NCBI GenBank assembly: GCA_902580135.1
Contig: CACHJL010000002.1
Span: 6,872 to 70,871, forward strand
DNA length: 64,000 bases
From: an uncultured Pelagibacteraceae bacterium
GTDB lineage: Bacteria > Pseudomonadota > Alphaproteobacteria > Pelagibacterales > Pelagibacteraceae
Direction: 5' to 3'
This document shows positions 60,600 to 64,000 of this stretch, one piece after another. Every line of letters starts with the position of its first letter. Position 1 is the first letter of the stretch. The translations under genes were made by a program, and so were the position numbers. Under the pieces are notes generated by a model. The model had not been told where the DNA came from. It saw only the letters and a list, made by a program, of their open reading frames with translations, and did not search any database.

Positions 60600-61357
60600 T
60601 GATGAAGCTTACCTTTAGAGGAAAATCCGCAATTGTTACAGGTGCATGTGGAGGCATGGGTTTAGAAGTTTCCAAAAATTTATCAAATAATAATGTTTTA
60701 GTACTTATGGTTGACTTAAAAGAACCACCTAAGGGTTTCTTAAAAGATAACAAAAATTGCACTTATAAAAAAATTGATGTTACAAATTTTAAAAAATTAA
60801 AGACATCTATAGAAAAATTTTACAATAGTAATAAACAGATCGATTATTTAATTAATACCGCTGGAGTATTGTGGTTTAACAAAGATGTATCTTCAGCTGA
60901 TATCAATCTAAAAGTTTGGGATAAAGTTTATGAAATAAACTTAAAATCTATGGTTTATTTATCTAAAATTATTATTCCCAAAATGAAAAAGAATAAATTT
61001 GGATCAATGGTACATATTTCTTCGGTAGATGCGTTGTCAGGTGATGATAAACCGCAAGATGCTTACGGATCTTCTAAAGCTGCTATGATTAGACTTTCAA
61101 AATCTTTGGCAATTCAATTTGCCTCAAATAATATTAGATCTAATTGTATATTGCCTGGTCCAATTGAAACTGGTATGCAAAAAAGATGGGAAAAAAACTT
61201 GTCTGCAAAAAAAGAATTAGAAAAAATAATACCTTTAAATAGAGTTGGAAAACCAGCTGATATATCAAATGCTGTTATGTTTTTGTTAAGTGATCAATCA
61301 AGCTATATTACTGGAACTGAAATAATAATTGATGGTGGTATTACTTCTAAACCTTAA
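60599..61357 (+). CDS. short-chain dehydrogenase/reductase
   Basis: TGACGGMG, YGSSK, DGG. Confidence 0.92.
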   Translation: MMKLTFRGKSAIVTGACGGMGLEVSKNLSNNNVLVLMVDLKEPPKGFLKDNKNCTYKKIDVTNFKKLKTSIEKFYNSNKQIDYLINTAGVLWFNKDVSSADINLKVWDKVYEINLKSMVYLSKIIIPKMKKNKFGSMVHISSVDALSGDDKPQDAYGSSKAAMIRLSKSLAIQFASNNIRSNCILPGPIETGMQKRWEKNLSAKKELEKIIPLNRVGKPADISNAVMFLLSDQSSYITGTEIIIDGGITSKP

Positions 61358-61371
61358 AATTTAGATTTAGA

Positions 61372-61406
61372 TTTAGGCGCTTCTGCTTTAAGAAGCGCCT
61401 AAAAAA
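61372..61406. terminator. terminator between convergent genes (U-tract on minus strand; may be bidirectional)
   Basis: tttaggcgcttct…agaagcgcctaaa, 13-bp stem. Confidence 0.85.
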
Positions 61407-61411
61407 TATAA

Positions 61412-62488
61412 TTATCTATAAGGGTATCCTGCTTTTTCCATTGTTTGTGCATATAACTTAAATGCATCAACAACTTTTTTAGCGCGTGGACTAATTTTAG
61501 ATGTCGAATCCCAGAACTCTTTAGAGTCTTCAACTACTTTACTCCATTCATTAGCAGGAAGGCTTGTAAGCTCCATTTTTTTACCGTTAACACGGAGATC
61601 TGCTTCTCCACCCCAGTACCAAACTTGTCTATAGTAATGAGAGTCGTTAATTGACATACGGTATAGTGCCTGAAGTTTTGGACTTAATTTATCCCAACTT
61701 TTTGAATTTGCAAAATATGAACCAAACCATGCACCAGTTACTGCGTTAGTTAATGCATACTTACATATGTCAGCCCATCCCACTTCATAAGCTTCTGTAA
61801 ATCCACACCAACAAACACCATCAAGTTCACCAGTTTGCATTGCTGTTTCAACATCATCCCATGGAACAATTACAGGAATTAAACCGTATCTAGCTAAGAA
61901 TTTTCCAGCTGTTGGAACACCAAATACTCTTAGCCCCTTCATGTCTGCTAGTGAAGTAACTTTTTTCTTAACAGTGAATAGATGACAAGGGTCCCATGCA
62001 CTAGTACTTAACCATTTAACACCTTTAACTTCTTTATAAGCTTCGTCCCAAATTTCATTTAAACCATAATATTTAAATAATGATGGCACGTCTAAGCTAT
62101 ATCTTGTTGCAAATGGGAAATATCCTCCAAATACTTGAATATCAACAGGTGATCCCATAGTTGCATCATCACTTTGTACAGCATCAATTGTTCCCGCCTG
62201 CATTGCTCTAAACAATTCATCAGTTGGAACTAATTGGTCAGCATAATAAAGCTCAATTTCCATCTCACCATGAGCAGCTTTATTAAAAGCTTCAATTTGT
62301 GGCTTAATTACATGAGCTCCAAGTGGTGCTCCAGAATAAGTTTGGAGTCTCCATTTTATAGGGTTTGAAGCTGAATAAGCATAGGGAGCTTTTATTGCTG
62401 TAGCTCCTGCAGCACCCAAAGTTAACAAACCTGCTTTCTTAATAAACGAACGCCTTTTGTTTGTTATGATTTTTTTATCTTTTTTCAT
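61412..62488 (-). CDS. dctP: TRAP transporter substrate-binding protein (Tat-exported)
   Basis: KRRSFIKK Tat motif, IKWRLQT, AMQTGELDG. Confidence 0.88.
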   Translation of the reverse strand: MKKDKKIITNKRRSFIKKAGLLTLGAAGATAIKAPYAYSASNPIKWRLQTYSGAPLGAHVIKPQIEAFNKAAHGEMEIELYYADQLVPTDELFRAMQAGTIDAVQSDDATMGSPVDIQVFGGYFPFATRYSLDVPSLFKYYGLNEIWDEAYKEVKGVKWLSTSAWDPCHLFTVKKKVTSLADMKGLRVFGVPTAGKFLARYGLIPVIVPWDDVETAMQTGELDGVCWCGFTEAYEVGWADICKYALTNAVTGAWFGSYFANSKSWDKLSPKLQALYRMSINDSHYYRQVWYWGGEADLRVNGKKMELTSLPANEWSKVVEDSKEFWDSTSKISPRAKKVVDAFKLYAQTMEKAGYPYR

Positions 62489-62583
62489 ATAACCTTCCTC
62501 TCACTAATTTATAGATAAAAGGTTATTATAAAATTTAGAATGATTATAGTATTTATTTAAAAAAATTAAACTTTAAGTTGTAT

Positions 62584-63924
62584 TTATTTATTCGATAAAT
62601 ATTTTTCAGGCAAGTAAGTTGCTATTTCTGGAAATGCCATAACTATAGCTAAACCTATAACCATAACTATAACAAATGGAATAATAGATCTATAAATGTC
62701 ATATAAAGTAATTTCTTTTGGAGCCATTGCCCTCATTAAGAATAAATTATATCCGAAAGGAGGGGTCATGTATGCTATTTGGCAAGTGATAGTATATAGA
62801 ACTCCATACCAAATTGGGTCAAATCCTAAAGATATAATTAGCGGCACATATAGTGGCGCAACAATTACTAGCATTGCAGTATCATCTAAAAACATGCCCA
62901 TTATTATGTAAGAAAGCTGCATCATTATCAAAACTCCCCAGGGAGTTAAATTCCATCTTTCAATAAATAACTTTTCAATTGCCTTTCCTGCTCCTAAACC
63001 ATCAAAGACTGCACCAAAACATAATGCAGCTAAAATTATCCACATAAACATACATGAAACTCCAAGAGTTTTTTTAAGTGTAGTTTCAAGAACTTTTTGA
63101 TTAAATCTTTTTTTGTAAATAGCAGCGATTGTAGCAAGCAATGCTCCAACAGCTGAACATTCCACTAAACTGGCTATTCCCATTAAAAATAAACCTGTCA
63201 TTAAAAAAAATATGACAAAAGGAATAATTCCAGCTTTTAATAACTTTAATTTTTCAGGTAATGGCATATCTCTTTCTTTTTTTTCTAATGCTGGTCCCAA
63301 TTCAGGTTGAAGACGACATCTAACATAAATATAAATAATAAATAAAGAAGCCATTAATATTCCAGGTAATAAACCAGCTAGCCAAAGTTTGCTAACAGGC
63401 TGTCTAGCAATCATTCCATATAAAACCATAACTACACTTGGAGGTATTAATATCCCCAAAGAACTACCTGCTTGGACTACTCCTGTAATCATACGTTTGT
63501 CGTAATTTCTTTTTAACATTTCTGGAAGAGCGATAGTTGCTCCTATGGCCATACCAGCCACACTTAATCCATTCATAGCAGAAATAGCAACCATCATAAG
63601 CATGGTTCCTATAGCTAAACCTCCTTTTAATCCTCCAAAATAAACATGAAACATTTTATATAGATCATTTGCAATTCCCGACTCTGAAATCATAAATCCC
63701 ATATAAATAAAAAGAGGAAGTGTAAGCATTGGGTACCATTTAAATAACTTCCAAGTAGCTGTGTAGGGCATCTCCATAGATCCTTCTCCCCAAATCAATA
63801 AAGCTGAAGCAGCTGCAACAAAACCTATAGCACCAAATACTCTTTGCCCAGTAAACATCATTGTTAACATTGTTATAAACATGAACAATGCAATAAATTC
63901 GTAGCTTAAATATTGTGCTAACAT
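62584..63924 (-). CDS. dctM: TRAP transporter large permease
   Basis: LGILIPPS, GFDPIWYG, TPPFGYNLF. Confidence 0.93.
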   Translation of the reverse strand: MLAQYLSYEFIALFMFITMLTMMFTGQRVFGAIGFVAAASALLIWGEGSMEMPYTATWKLFKWYPMLTLPLFIYMGFMISESGIANDLYKMFHVYFGGLKGGLAIGTMLMMVAISAMNGLSVAGMAIGATIALPEMLKRNYDKRMITGVVQAGSSLGILIPPSVVMVLYGMIARQPVSKLWLAGLLPGILMASLFIIYIYVRCRLQPELGPALEKKERDMPLPEKLKLLKAGIIPFVIFFLMTGLFLMGIASLVECSAVGALLATIAAIYKKRFNQKVLETTLKKTLGVSCMFMWIILAALCFGAVFDGLGAGKAIEKLFIERWNLTPWGVLIMMQLSYIIMGMFLDDTAMLVIVAPLYVPLIISLGFDPIWYGVLYTITCQIAYMTPPFGYNLFLMRAMAPKEITLYDIYRSIIPFVIVMVIGLAIVMAFPEIATYLPEKYLSNK

Positions 63925-63926
63925 TA

Positions 63927-64000
63927 TTATATTTTTCTATTATTTATTTTTGCTAAATTTTTAAAAAACATTGAAAATGCTTGAAGTAACATCAATAAAA
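63927..64000 (-). CDS. dctQ: 3' end of probable TRAP small permease (partial)
   Basis: …LLMLLQAFSMFFKNLAKINNRKI* directly upstream of dctM. Confidence 0.6.
   Translation of the reverse strand, partial: LLMLLQAFSMFFKNLAKINNRKI

Noticed and set aside
18310-62911. Remaining short ORFs antisense to or nested in recognised genes (e.g. 37689-38408, 45041-45610, 30424-30846)
   Set aside because: Fully overlap well-supported genes and show no motifs

Overview
Very AT-rich, gene-dense alphaproteobacterial chromosome segment. Gene content and compactness are typical of SAR11/Pelagibacterales (inference). Three parts: (1) 30-12867, an accessory cell-envelope locus: TPR + outer-membrane beta-barrel, a FecR-domain protein with a poly-Lys tail, a CHASE2-PP2C phosphatase, a methyltransferase, a sulfotransferase, a 1606-aa acidic FecR repeat protein and an O-antigen-ligase/O-OTase-like gene. 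(2) 12928-17020, a Fur-boxed Fe(III) ABC transporter with an unannotated Cys microprotein and an anti-Shine-Dalgarno hairpin inside it. (3) 17064-64000, a methylated-compound/C1 region: AcuI, ETF/ETF-QO, two DMG-dehydrogenase-like enzymes, DddP-like, SET, Rieske, BHMT, betaine-type ABC, MetF, GcvT, soxBDAG, fhs, gshAB, and an amine-type TRAP cluster with Fe-ADH/ALDH. No rRNA, tRNA, CRISPR or mobile element was recognised. All calls come from motif recognition by eye; no database search was run.
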